Assembly: GCA_951406725.2 (NCBI GenBank)
Contig: OX597816.1
Location: 3,534,001-3,598,000 of the forward strand
Reading direction: 5' to 3'
Length of the DNA stretch: 64,000 nucleotides
Origin: Octopus vulgaris
Lineage: Eukaryota
Shown piece after piece: positions 25,821 to 38,280 of the stretch. How positions within the stretch are numbered: the stretch's first letter is position 1; every line of letters starts with the position of its first letter. The translations under genes were made by a program, and so were the position numbers. Below the pieces are notes generated by a model. It saw only the letters and a program-made list of their open reading frames with translations. It was not told where the DNA came from and made no database searches.

Positions 25821-26974
25821 TGCTTAGTGGTGTTATGTCCTTGACATAACGTCTAGAATTAACAAAGGCTCTAGTAATGATGTTTTACTAGCATGAGACA
25901 AGAATTATGTAAGAGAGAAAGAGAGATAGATAGAGATAAAGAAAGGGAGAGAGAGAGAGGAAGCGGAGGAGAAAGAGAGAAGGGGAGAAGTAATTGGCGA
26001 ATGCAAAGAGACGTGTTTGTTTATTCAGTGAACAATCATTATGTAATGATGGGAGTGAAGCGATTCCAGGTGGGAATTGAAACCGAATTATCAGAATAAT
26101 TTATGAACAAGTCATGAAGATTAGAGGTTCTCGATTTCGCGATTGTCCTTGTTTGAATGCACGCCAACGGATCGATTACTCGAGGATTGCATGTCGAGCT
26201 GCGAACGATCGTTATGTTACAATATGAAAACCAATAATTTATCTTGTCATAAAAAACCCCATCCGTATTGAGGAATAGAGGAGAAGCTACTGGACTGGAC
26301 TGACTACCTCGAGTACTTGATACCCCCCCCTTTTCTATCTCCCCCGCAGAGGGAATCAATACCAAGGTAGACTCGATATGATTTGAACTCTGAATTTAAG
26401 ATGTAAGCGCAAATATTTGACGATATTTTGTCAGTCGCTTTAACCTTTCTGCAAAATAACTTATGACTCTGAGACTCCCAATAATTACAACTGGGATATT
26501 CATAACACCCTTCCAGCAAAAAAGAAAAAAAAGGCATTGTAATAAATTTACTTCAACCAAGTATATTAGTGGTATATCTTTTATCGACCATGAAATATAA
26601 GAAGCAATTGACAATTGGCAAAAAGATGAATGTGTGTAAGATGGATGTCTTCATGTATATTTGAGTGAAAAAAGTATGGAAGGACAGTGATAGCTGACTA
26701 TATAATATTACATTATTTTCTTGACCTCAGAGTGATGGGTGGTAGGTTATTTCAGCAGGATTTGAACTCAGAACGTAAGAAAACAACTAAATACTGCAAT
26801 CCAATGATCTGTCATGTCTACCAAACATACAATAGATTTAAAATTTGCTTTCGACTCAAATTTTTTCGCTCAGTTTTCTTTTAAAGCAGAGATTTAGAAG
26901 CAAATAATATCATTGCTGTAAGGTGTGATATAAGTTTTAAACTCCCTCATTCTCCTTACAATGCAAAGCCTACC

Positions 26975-27224
26975 CCCTGTAAAGGAGGACCTCAGGGCCA
27001 GTCGTTTGGGAGACATTGAGAAGATGAAGGAAGCTGTGATAAGGTTCTGGACGCCTTCACCACTTCGGAGGACTTCCATGGAGCCTCCACAAAGTGGTTA
27101 TAACACTACAAATGCATTGAAGTTAGAGGATCCGACTTTGAACGAGATTAGAGTATTTTACTCTAAAATCATTAATAAATGTCGCTTCTGAAAATGTCTC
27201 AAAACTTATGGAATGTACCTTCAT
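26975..27224 (+). mobile_element. Mariner-type transposon 3' end (degraded)
   Basis: KEDLRASRLGDIEKMKEAV...KWL*HYKCIEVRGSDFE resembles the mariner C-terminus; TIR-like CAAAACTTATGGAATGTACCTTCATA. Confidence 0.65.
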
Positions 27225-27312
27225 ATGTAAGCCTGCTTACCTGCCTGTCTGCCTCCCTACATGTCTATCTATCTGTCTATCTGTCTGTCTGTCAGTCTGT
27301 CTATCTACCTGT

Positions 27313-27347
<35 letters not shown>

Positions 27348-27362
27348 ATCTTTCTCTCTCTT

Positions 27363-27408
<46 letters not shown>

Positions 27409-27695
27409 CGCACACACATACACACAGACATGTATAGTTTCAGTAGAAATTTGATCTAGAAGTCTGGACAGGCCATAAAATATAAAACAAACAGATAAGC
27501 AGATGCTATAAACCATACATTTACCGACCAAGGGCAGAGGGTGGGTGGGGATGGAGACACTCTTCTTCATTCGATGAACATTTGGGAAAATTTGGGCATA
27601 GCGAGAAGAAAAAAAATGGAAATAAAATGAAAATATTAAGTTAAAATAATGGCGGATTTATTGCAAGATAATAGTATTATATAAAATGTACAAAT

Positions 27696-27960
27696 GTGCA
27701 TACGAACCTCCACCAACTAGTCTGTCTATATATACATGTGCACACCTTTCAAAGCCGTGTATACCATAAGGTCTGCAAATCTAATGGAGGCCTCAAAAGA
27801 TATTTTAAGATCTACAAAGATCAGAACTTTACTGCAGCTCTTGCTGGTCCAAATCGGATATGCAATCTATGTATCTGTGTCTTTTCAATACATTGTCTGA
27901 TTTAAAAAGCCACATTAAACGCCATGATGGATCTGAGGTCTGCATAAGTAGACTACCACC
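27696..27960 (+). mobile_element. RTE-like LINE 3' end with decayed C2H2 zinc fingers
   Basis: KVCKSNGGLKRYFKIY and CNLCICVF/NTLSDLKSHIKRH (frameshift), running straight into (ATGT)n. Confidence 0.55.
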
Positions 27961-29651
27961 ATGCATGTATGTATGTATGTATGTATGTATGTATGTATGT
28001 ATGTATGTATGTATGTATGTATGTATGTATGTATGCATGCATGTATGTATGTATGTATGTATGTATGTATGTATGTATGTTTGTATGTATGTATGTATGT
28101 ATGTATGTATGTATGTATGTATGTATGTATGTATGTATGTATGTATGTATGTATGTATGTATGTATGTATGTATGTATGTATGCATGTATGTATGTATGT
28201 ATGTATGTATGTATGTATGTATGTATGTATGTATGCATGCATGTATGTATGTATGTATGTATGTATGTATGTATGTATGTATGTATGTATGTATGTATGT
28301 ATGTATGTATGTATGTATGTATGTATGTATGTATGTATGTATGTATGTATGTATGTATGTATGTATGTATGTATGTATGTATGTATGTATGCATGCATGT
28401 ATGTATGTATGTATGTATGTATGTATGTATGTATGTATGTATGTATGTATGTATGTATGTATGTATGTATGTATGTATGTATGTATGTATGTATGTATGT
28501 ATGTATGTATGTATGCATGCATGTATGTATGTATGTATGTATGTATGTATGTATGTATGTATGTATGTATGTATGTATGCATGCATGTATGTATGTATGT
28601 ATGTATGTATGTATGTATGTATGTATGTATGTATGTATGTATGTATGTATGTATGCATGTATGTATGTATGTATGTATGTATGTATGTATGTATGTATGT
28701 ATGTATGTATGTATGTATGTATGTATGTATGTATGTATGTATGTATGTATGTATGTATGTATGTATGTATGTATGTATGTATGTATGTATGTATGTATGT
28801 ATGTATGTATGTATGTATGTATGTATGTATGTATGTATGTATGTATGTATGTATGTATGTATGTATGTATGTATGTATGTATGTATGTATGTATGTATGT
28901 ATGTATGTATGTATGTATGTATGTATGTATGTATGTATGTATGTATGTATGTATGTATGTATGTATGTATGTATGTATGTATGTATGTATGTATGTATGT
29001 ATGTATGTATGTATGTATGTATGTATGTATGTATGTATGTATGTATGCATGTATGTATGTATGTATGTATGTATGTATGTATGTATGTATGTATGTATGT
29101 ATGTATGTATGTATGTATGTATGTATGTATGTATGTATGTATGTATGTATGTATGTATGTATGTATGTATGTATGCATGTATGTATGTATGTATGTATGT
29201 ATGTATGTATGTATGTATGTATGTATGTATGTATGTATGTATGTATGTATGTATGTATGTATGTATGCATGTATGTATGTATGTATGTATGTATGTATGT
29301 ATGTATGTATGTATGTATGTATGCATGTATGTATGTATGTATGTATGTATGTATGTATGTATGTATGTATGTATGTATGTATGTATGTATGTATGTATGT
29401 ATGTATGTATGTATGTATGTATGTATGTATGTATGTATGTATGTATGTATGTATGTATGTATGTATGTATGTATGTATGTATGTATGTATGTATGTATGT
29501 ATGTATGTATGTATGTATGTATGTATGTATGTATGTATGTATGTATGTATGTATGTATGTATGTATGTATGTATGTATGTATGTATGTATGTATGTATGT
29601 ATGTATGTATGTATGTATGTATGTATGTATGTATGTATGTATGTATGTATG
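27961..29651. repeat. About 1.7-kb (ATGT)n array with scattered ATGC variants
   Basis: Visible directly. Confidence 0.97.
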
Positions 29652-29830
29652 TCTTCTATTTTTTAATTACTATAAATCTTCCACTGAGGAGGGAGCCGGT
29701 TTCCAACAAAGGTACAAGGCTCCAGCTTTGGGATGTAGTTTACACAGACAAATTCACATTTGGAACTTGAGAAAAGTCTTGCATATTTTTACTGTTCCAC
29801 TCACAGATTGCACTTGTAAAGTACGAATTA
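29652..29830 (-). mobile_element. CR1/L2-like LINE 3' fragment inside (ATGT)n
   Basis: NSYFTSAICEWNSK resembles the CR1/L2 C-terminal motif. Confidence 0.5.
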
Positions 29831-29989
29831 TGTACGTACGTATGTATGTATGTATGTATGTATGTATGTATGTATGTATGTATGTATGTATGTATGTATG
29901 TATGAGTCTGTCTCGAGGCTCGATTTTCAGTTTCGTTGAAACAAACCAAAGCATATCCTCTTTAACATGTATCGAGCATTTCTCTCACT

Positions 29990-30318
29990 TCTTTTCTCAA
30001 CCACATGGTTCCGGGTTCGGTCGCACTACGCAGCACCTTAAGAAAATATCTTCTACTATAGCCTCGGGTCGATCAAAGCCTTGTGAGCGGATTTGGTAGG
30101 CGGCAACTGAAACATATATATTGTGTCTATGGTTATCTCTCACTTCTGCTTAACAAGCGATGTGTGTTTACGTCCCTATAACTTACCAGTTTGGCAGAAG
30201 TGACCGATGGAATAAATACCAGGTTTGAAAAAATAAATACTGGAGTTGATTAGTTCGAAACAAAAATTCTTCAAGACGGTCTTCCTCATCGCCGCAGTCT
30301 AATGACTGAAACAAGTAA
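29990..30318 (+). mobile_element. SINE family A, degraded
   Basis: Similarity to other copies. Confidence 0.7.
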
Positions 30319-30487
30319 TAGATAGACAGAAAGACACACAGACTGACAGACAGACAGATAGATAAATAGATAGATAGGCATGTAGATAGACAGATAGATA
30401 GATAGATAGACAGATAGATAAAGAGATAGGCATGTAGATAGATATATCGATAATACACATAATTAAAAGCTAAATGTGATAGAATAG

Positions 30488-30524
<37 letters not shown>

Positions 30525-31117
30525 AACATATATGCACACATACGTTTCTAACTAGTCATGGTGATACCATGAAATATATATTAATATATAAACATCAATT
30601 TTGTCTGATTTATTGTACGGAATGTCATTCATTGTTCAAATTTATTGCTCATCTTCATAAGAGCGCCTCCTATGGGAGGTTCATATCATTAGGTCACTGA
30701 GAAAAAAATTGATGAAAAACTGAGATTTAATTACGAGAAATTAATGACATTTTTGCATAGAAATTTCCAAATTTGCGATAAAGCGATAAAGGAAGCTTCC
30801 ACTGTTACATATTTCGATGTTTGATGAGAATTGTTAGGAAATCGGGCGAGGAGGTGACGCGGTTTGGGAATTCGGCAGTAAATCAGATTCCGTTTATATC
30901 TAATTTAAAAAAATGAATTATAGAATCACCAAATATAGCAGTGTATTCTAATATTCGATTGACAGACGTTTGGGAGGTACGTTGTTAGCAAGGTGATAAA
31001 AGAATACTTTTTTTAAAAATCTATTCTTGAAATGATATGCTATTCAATGAAATGGTGTGTTAACCCTTGGAAATAATTTTTTTTTTTACTGAAGGAATGA
31101 AAATATAAAAATCTGCT

Positions 31118-31498
31118 GGTAGCGAGCAGAATTGTTAGTAGGCTGGGCGAAATGCTTAGCGGTATTTCGTCCGTCTTCATGTTCTGAGTTCAAAATTCTG
31201 CCAAGATCGGCTTTGCCTTTCATCCTTTCGGGGTCGATTAAATGAGTATCAGTTACGTACTGGGGTCGATATACTCGACTTAATCCGTTTGTCTGTCCTT
31301 GTTTATCCACTCTGTGTTTAGCCCCTTGTGGGTAATAAAGAAATAGGTATTTCGTCCGTCTTCATGTTCTAAGTTCAAAATTCCGCCAAGATCGGCTTTG
31401 CCTTTCATCCTTTTGGGGTCGATAAATTAAGTATCGGTTAAATGCTGGAATCGATCTAATCGACTTACCCCACCCCACGAAATTATTGGCTTTGTGCA
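31118..31498 (+). mobile_element. SINE family B compound copy
   Basis: Tail AATAAAGAAATA followed by GGTATTTCGTC second unit. Confidence 0.85.
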
Positions 31499-31872
31499 AA
31501 AAAACAACAAAAAAACCTGAAACCAATGTTACACAAAATCACATATTTAACGTGACCTGTAATATGTAGATTCACCATCGTGAATGATGATGAGGATGAT
31601 GTTAATGATGATGATGGTAATGATGATGATAATGATGATGATAATGGTTTCTGTACGAACCTGAATTGATTTTCCAATAATCAATAACGGTTTTCATAAA
31701 CCATTTGATCACTGAGAAAATATGATAATTAAAGACAACTTAGTCTTAATTTTTGCTAATTTAGGACCCGTCAACTGCGATTTGTCTTCCAAGGTGAAAC
31801 CTATTGGATAGTTGGTTTTAGAAGAGAAACTTAGCTTATCTTAACGTAACGTTAACTAATTCAGTCTCTACG

Positions 31873-32869
31873 TTAGTTTGCGATATACATTCACATGTCA
31901 CCTGTTAAAAGAGAGACGAACTGGGTCTAGAGAGAGGAACAAGAGAGACCCTCAGAGACTGGATTCAGTTTCGAGATGTTTTGATTTGGACATTGATATA
32001 TCATGTCAGAGCAAGCTATAAAGCTCTCTCATCCATGTCACCCGTTCTTCAGAGGTAAGCAGAAGGAAAATGTAATTCTCATTTATTCTATTATTTGCCT
32101 CAGGTTAATCGTGATGTTGTTCGTGTTAAACTTAGATCAACCTTTATCCAGTAGACCTACGTTAAAAGACGGTCTGAATGTGAACACCATTTTTTTTTAC
32201 TTCTCATAGTATGTCAACAAATTGCACATGGATTCCCTCACTGATTAAAGACAGTTCGATAGATACAACGTATTTGATTTCGAAGAGGAGAACATGAGAA
32301 TGAATAACGTGCAAATATCTTCAACAGTATTGAAGATGCAATTGAAGTGAGACGACCAGATATAAACATATCTTTCTTAGTAAAGATTATTTGCCAACAT
32401 AACATGGCAGTCCTGGTTTAAGACGAATGTTGCTGTAATTTAGCCTCAGGAGACATCGTCTCCAGCTGGCTATACGACACGATCTGTGTCCTTATATTTT
32501 CGAGCAAAGGAATCTTTTATCGTAGGTCTGCTGGATAAAGGCTGGTCTAAGGTTAACATGAACAACATCACGATTAACCTGAGGCAATTAAGGGAATAAA
32601 TGAGAATTACATTTTCCTTCTGCTTACTTCTGAAGAACGGTCAACGTGGACGAGAGAGCTTTATAGCTTGCTCTGACATGATATATCAATGTCCAAATCA
32701 AAACAACTCGAAACTGAACCCAGTCTCTGAGGGTATATCTTGTTCCTCTCTCTAGACCCAGTTCGTCTCTCTTTTAACAGATGACATGTAAACGTATATC
32801 ACAAACTAATTACAGCAACATTCGTCCTAAACCAAGACAGCCATGTTATGTTGGCAAACAATCTTTACT
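31873..32869. repeat. Nested inverted repeats: 31873-32161 vs 32521-32809 and 32379-32440 vs 32807-32869
   Basis: Direct reverse-complement comparison, roughly 90% identical by eye. Confidence 0.9.
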
Positions 32870-33305
32870 GCAAAGTACTGTTGCTGAATATCTCACGTTG
32901 TGAGATTTAGAAATAGTAATTTCATATCTTTCTTGTTACCAATTCCGAATCTATTTTTAACGTCTCCAACACGGGGGATTGTCATAAATGTTATAACTTT
33001 TGCCTTTTGCCAAAACGAATTCTTGAAAATCTCTTCGAGTCTTTAAAAATAATTGCAATGATTGGTTCAATTAACCGCGCAACCTACTCCAAAAAACGAA
33101 GGTCTTGTATCTCGTGCAGAACAGCAAGAAAAAACATTAGCATTTACTTTTTTTTATTGATTCTGGACTATGTAAAGTGAAACCGTTTTAACTCTTTAAA
33201 TATTTAATGATCGATGAGATATGGTCGAGGGTTAGAGAAATAACAATATACAATATACAAGAAGTGTCAAAATACAGGGGAAGAAAGCAATTAGATAAAT
33301 GGACT

Positions 33306-33610
33306 GAGAGAGAGGGAGAGAGAGAGAGAGAGAGAGAGATAGAGAGAGAGAGAGGAAGGGAGAGAGAGGAAGGGAGAGAGAGGAAGGGAGAGAGAGAGAG
33401 ATAGTGGAGAGAAAATGCGAGAGGGGAAAAGAGAGGAATAACTGAAAGAGAGGAGTAACAGAGAAAGGAGAGAGATAGAGAGTGAAAGAAGAGACAACAA
33501 ATGGGAAAGAGAGAGAGAGAGAGAGAGAGTGAAAGAAGAGAGAGACAACAAAATGGGAGAGAGATTGAAAGAAGAGAGTCAACAAATGAGAGAGAGAGAG
33601 AGAGGGAGAG
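33306..33610. repeat. GA-rich low-complexity tract
   Basis: Visible directly. Confidence 0.9.
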
Positions 33611-34894
33611 AAAAAGTGGGGGTGTATTTTGAAGTTGTCCTGCCAAGTTTCCTCTGCAAGACATGAAGCTGTCTCTAGTGGGTCAGTCAATGGTTACATG
33701 ACAATAAAATGGTTGAACATTTTAACTGGAACTGTTGAAGGGGAAGGAACGGAATTTCTCTTATTTCTTAGAATCTTAACGTAGAATTATTTAATTAATG
33801 CATTAAGACTTGAGGCGATCAGGTATTCCTATGGATGAAGTTATATTGGTCGATGATAATGTTTACGGTGGTGATGATGATGCTGGTAGCGGTGGTGGTA
33901 GGGATGGTGGTAGTGGTAGGGGCATTGCTGAGGATGGTAGTGGTGGTGGTTATAATGATATTAATGATGTTGATGATGATGATGATGATGATTATGATGG
34001 TGGTGGTGGTCGTGATGTTGGCAATGATGGGAAAGAAGATAATGGTAACGATAAATTTCTTCGAATCATAGAACCGATTCTAATTGAAGTGTTATTGGTA
34101 AATATTCCCTCAAAGAAGTTGGCGAATTTATTCATAAATTTGTAACGATTTATTTCACTTGGCGCTAAAGCAAGTTTCTTAGAGAGGGAAATGTATTAAC
34201 ATGGTAAGACCCCAGCGTATTACTGGTTTTTATTTTATCATAATTTTTCTAAGCAGAATTTGAATCCAAGAAATAGAAACATCAAAAGCTGGTTACACTA
34301 AAGTGCGCGGAGAGAGGATCACTGTGGCAAAGAATACATTTAAACAGTGCATTATGGGTAGATATTCTCAGATCAGATTTTAATCTATGGAATATGTCAA
34401 TGAAGGAATAATATTCCTGAAGAGGATTAAAGATTGGATGGAATGAATCTTGCAGTGACCGAGTTGCTGTTGATGTGATTGGCCCCAGGGTAATCTTGGT
34501 CGAGTAAAACTCTGAGTAGAGACGTTTCAGTCGAAATACATTTGTCATTTTCCTGACTCGATGTGGCTAGAACTATATCATGAAACATCTACTTCAAGCT
34601 TTGAGGTGTTAGGCTGAATTCTTTAAAAATTTGGCTGCTATTACTTGCAGGTCAAGAAACCATGTGTAGGCTCCTTCGTTTGTTCAGAGTTTTCTTAAAT
34701 TTTATTTAGAATTTTGTTTCTGGATTATCGTACTGTATGAAAGGATTACGAAAAGGATGAAAAGGATTACGAAATATATATATAAATAGTGACAGTTTCG
34801 TTACTCAGAGTTAATCTCTCAAATTTACGATTTTGAAAAAACTGAATATTTATGGATTTCAATCAGGAAAAATGAAAAAAAACTTTAGCATTTA

Positions 34895-35143
34895 CAATAA
34901 TTCCTCGACTATCGCGGGTCTTACGTTCCCAAAGTCCCCGCGATAGGTGGAACTCCGCGAAGTAGAAACAGTACTGTACTGTATATTTTTTTATTATATT
35001 TATAATTTGTATATATTTATTTTATTATAAATGCAAAACAATGCCACAGCGGAATCGACGTAAGCTTAAATAATAAACCGCGATAGGAGAACCGCGATAG
35101 GTGGACAGCGATAGGTGAACCGCGATATGACGAGGGATTACTG
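34895..35143. mobile_element. Tigger/pogo-type MITE
   Basis: TA flanks; TIRs CAATAATTCCTCG / CGAGGGATTACTG; internal CCGCGATAGG repeats. Confidence 0.75.
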
Positions 35144-35559
35144 TATATAAGAAATTAAATAGTGCTATAAATGATTATCTCTGACTAAATATTTTACAAC
35201 TTCGTAATAAAGTAACGAGTAAGTAAAAATTAAATAAATATGAGTATTCTTTGCATCTTTTTCCATATTCTTTGCTTTAATCCAACCAAATATTATGAAA
35301 AAAAAAATGATTATCTCCCATGTATTATCTCTCCGCTAGGCGGCGCATGCATTTGATCTCTGTAACAGAATCCAGTAAAGTGTTTCTTTGATGATTCATT
35401 GTGGGTGGGCATCCGATCGCACGTGAAACAGCCAATACCGAGTCCCAAATAACCGAAACGTGGAAACGTATTTATCTCATAATTTCTCTCTAAATATGAT
35501 GATTAACCTAATAATCGATAAAAGATAATCTATGATTGGAGTATCCCAAATACAAGTGG

Positions 35560-35800
35560 TGGTATGTGGCCTAGTGATTAGAGCGCAGCGAGCTCGATCT
35601 AAAGGTCGTGGTTTCGATTCATGGGCCGATCGGTTCGTTGTGAGCTTCTTAGACAAAACACTTCCTTTCAAGTCGCTCCAATACCACTCAGCTCTAAATG
35701 AGTTTACCCTGCGATGGACAGTGGTCAGTGTTGCCATCTCGGTCACTGAGTCACCATGGAAACCGCGTAACCAGATCTATGAGTTCTAAGACTCGAGACA
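35560..35800 (+). mobile_element. tRNA-derived SINE (family C/D-related)
   Basis: TGGCCTAGTGA A-box, GTTTCGATTC B-box, CCCTGCGATGGAC segment. Confidence 0.65.
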
Positions 35801-36339
35801 AAGCTTATTAAATAAAAGACGGTATTTATGATTGAAGTACAACTTAATAAAACATTAGAATCCTGCAACATTACGCGGGGCAATAAATATAAATTACTTC
35901 CACCAAATAATCACATCTCTTTCCATTCTGAATTCAGTCGGGAACTAAAGAACACAAGACTATAATCAGACAATTTAGTTTTGTTCCTCCAAACTACATT
36001 TTGATCTTATCCAAAAGGTTAAGAAGCAATAGTTTTGTTCCTTAATATTTCAAATTCAATTACAGTTGGAATCGATTTGATTTCCCACCCTTCTGTGAGT
36101 CAATGAAACAACAGTTAAGCTCTGATTAATCGATTATAAAACAATCAATTGTAAAACATCATAGATCAGGAGCCGAAGTAGGACGTCAGTAAAAATTTCA
36201 GTATTCAGAATCGTATCTCCGATACTTACAGACGACTTCTGGCAACAACCCACCATCGTTTACCCTTTCTCATTACGTTGTGGTCAAAACCATTTTATAT
36301 TTATGTCTTGCTATGTTAGAGCTCCGGGGCGAAATGCTT

Positions 36340-36950
36340 AGCGGTATTTCGACCCGTCGCTACGTTCTGAGTTCAAATTCCACAGAGGCCGACTTTGCCT
36401 TTCATTATTTCGGCGTCGATAAATTAAGTACCAGTTACGCACTGAGGTCGATGTAATCGAATTAACCCTTCCTCCAAAGTTTCAGGCCTTGTGCCTATAA
36501 TAAAAAGGATATTTATGTCTTGCTGAATGCTTCCTCTTTGTTCTTTCGCCTATCATCTAATCATCTTTCAAACCCAATCTTTGATTTTCACCAAACCCGT
36601 CTTTATTCCATTTTGAACTATGAATTGTCTTTTTCGGTTCCTCCAGCACCTCGAGCGCGGGCACGCATTAGTCCGGTTACTCGGGTTGCATGAGATCAGA
36701 ACGTAGGCCCTGAACTGGTTGCAGTCCGTCACAGGATTCAAGGCCTGCAATTTTTAAGGGAAGTGGAGTTAGTCGACACTATCGGCCCCAATGTTTCGTT
36801 GCTATTTTATTTGATCGATCTCAAAAGGCAAAGTCAACGTCAGTGGAATTTGAGCTAAGTCAACGTCAGCGGAATTTGAACTCTGAACGTAAAACCGAAG
36901 GAGATACGGCAAATCATTTTGTCCCATCGGATAACGATTCTGCTAATTCC
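36340..36950. mobile_element. SINE family B fragments (36340-36510 +; 36740-36950 -)
   Basis: Family B body similarity. Confidence 0.65.
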
Positions 36951-38095
36951 CAAAATAAAAATATAAAAGCCACTTAGCTTCGTGTTGCTCTCGCTTTCAT
37001 TATCTCTTAATACATTTCAGATTCTAGGAATAAAGAACAAAAACAATCTTATTCGAACATTTGAACCTATTTTGTTTCAATCTTTTCTTTCTAGATCTTG
37101 TTTTCCATTATGACATCATATAATTAGCGTTCTATTTAGTAATTAATCATTTAAATAGAGAGACAGGATGTTCTTAATGGGCAAAGTTTGAGCTTTTATT
37201 CTTTTGAACTATTTCTATTATGACGTCATAATGGTCGGATTTTTCTAAACAAAACCTCGACTTTATTATTATTTCATATCTCCAATGTTTCAGCAGATAC
37301 CAGTATTGGAATCGAACAGACCGTCTCTTGTCTGTTAAATCCAAGACACCATTGATAGATTCCTCCAAGAGATAAGGTATGGATACTATAGTTACCAAAC
37401 TTTAGACATTCAACAATGACGAAAATTTGAAATCTTAACTCGTTGGATAAAGTATTTTTACTAAGTGAATATATATATATATATATATATAATATGTATG
37501 TATATATAATATGTATGTATATATAATATGTATGTATGTATAATATGTATGTATACTTCGTTTTTGTATTTGGTTTGCAAGACTCTTCATGGGAATTCAT
37601 GTGTTGAAATAAGTCTTGTGTATTTCGAGGTCATGACGCTAATAATAATAAATGAGCACTACTTCAATGTCTCTAAACAAACGATTAATTAGTTGGTTAG
37701 AGTGACTAACAACAAAGAAGTGATATTGAACCAGTGCGTGTATTTATTATCATTGGCGCAATGGCCCTCCAAAGACACAGCAATATATAAATATAGATGT
37801 GTATGTATGTATGCGTGTATGTGAGAGAGTATATATATGTGTGTGTGTTTGGGTGCGCCTGTGCACGTTTATCGTGAAGGTCAAATTGACTTCTACCTTA
37901 AAGAATAATTCCAACATTAAATACCTAATTGTTATTCATGAAATTGAACGGGGTCTATAAAATCAAATATCATTCGCGTACAGAGGTGGACGATATCAAC
38001 TTATCCCCGCTACCTTAAAATTCGTGGCGGAGAACCAAAATTTGAAGCGATTAGTTTTAAAGTGACGGATATTTGTCCTCATCTTGTTTGTTATT

Positions 38096-38141
38096 AACAC
38101 AACGTTTCGGCTGATATACTCTCCAGCCTTCATCACATGTT
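38096..38141 (-). ncRNA. Minimal type I hammerhead, core-mutated (C3G)
   Basis: AACAT GTGATGA A GGCTG gagagtatat CAGCC GAAA CG TT GTGTT. Confidence 0.6.
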
Positions 38142-38214
38142 TTGGGGAAATTTCAAACCAAGGTTCTCATTCCTAAGGTATTTTTCGATGTTGTTGTTGT
38201 TGTTGTTGTTATTC

Positions 38215-38280
38215 GGGTCACTGCCTGGAATCGCACTCGGAATTAGTAGCCTGCGCTCTTAACCACTACGCCATATGCCC
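38215..38280 (-). promoter_or_regulatory. tRNA-like Pol III promoter (A/B box) inside the PLE 3' region
   Basis: GGGCATA TGGCGTAGTGG TTAAGAGCGC...GAGTGCGATTCC AGGCAGTGACCC. Confidence 0.55.

Noticed and set aside
27696-27960. Host C2H2 zinc-finger exon
   Set aside because: Ligand residues mutated, frameshifted, no TGEKP linkers, and it abuts a microsatellite tail; fits a LINE C-terminus better
27829-30099. ORFs of 450-712 aa (MYVC/HTYI repeats) and similar [12 protein letters not shown] and ERER ORFs throughout the window
   Set aside because: Translations of microsatellites that lack stop codons
33810-34145. Gly/Asp-rich 111-aa ORF
   Set aside because: Degenerate (GAT/GGT)n trinucleotide repeat
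34785-34828. Minus-strand TTGAGAGA...GAAACTGTC motif next to a short (TA)n
   Set aside because: Core has an extra base and stems are poor; cannot be distinguished from chance
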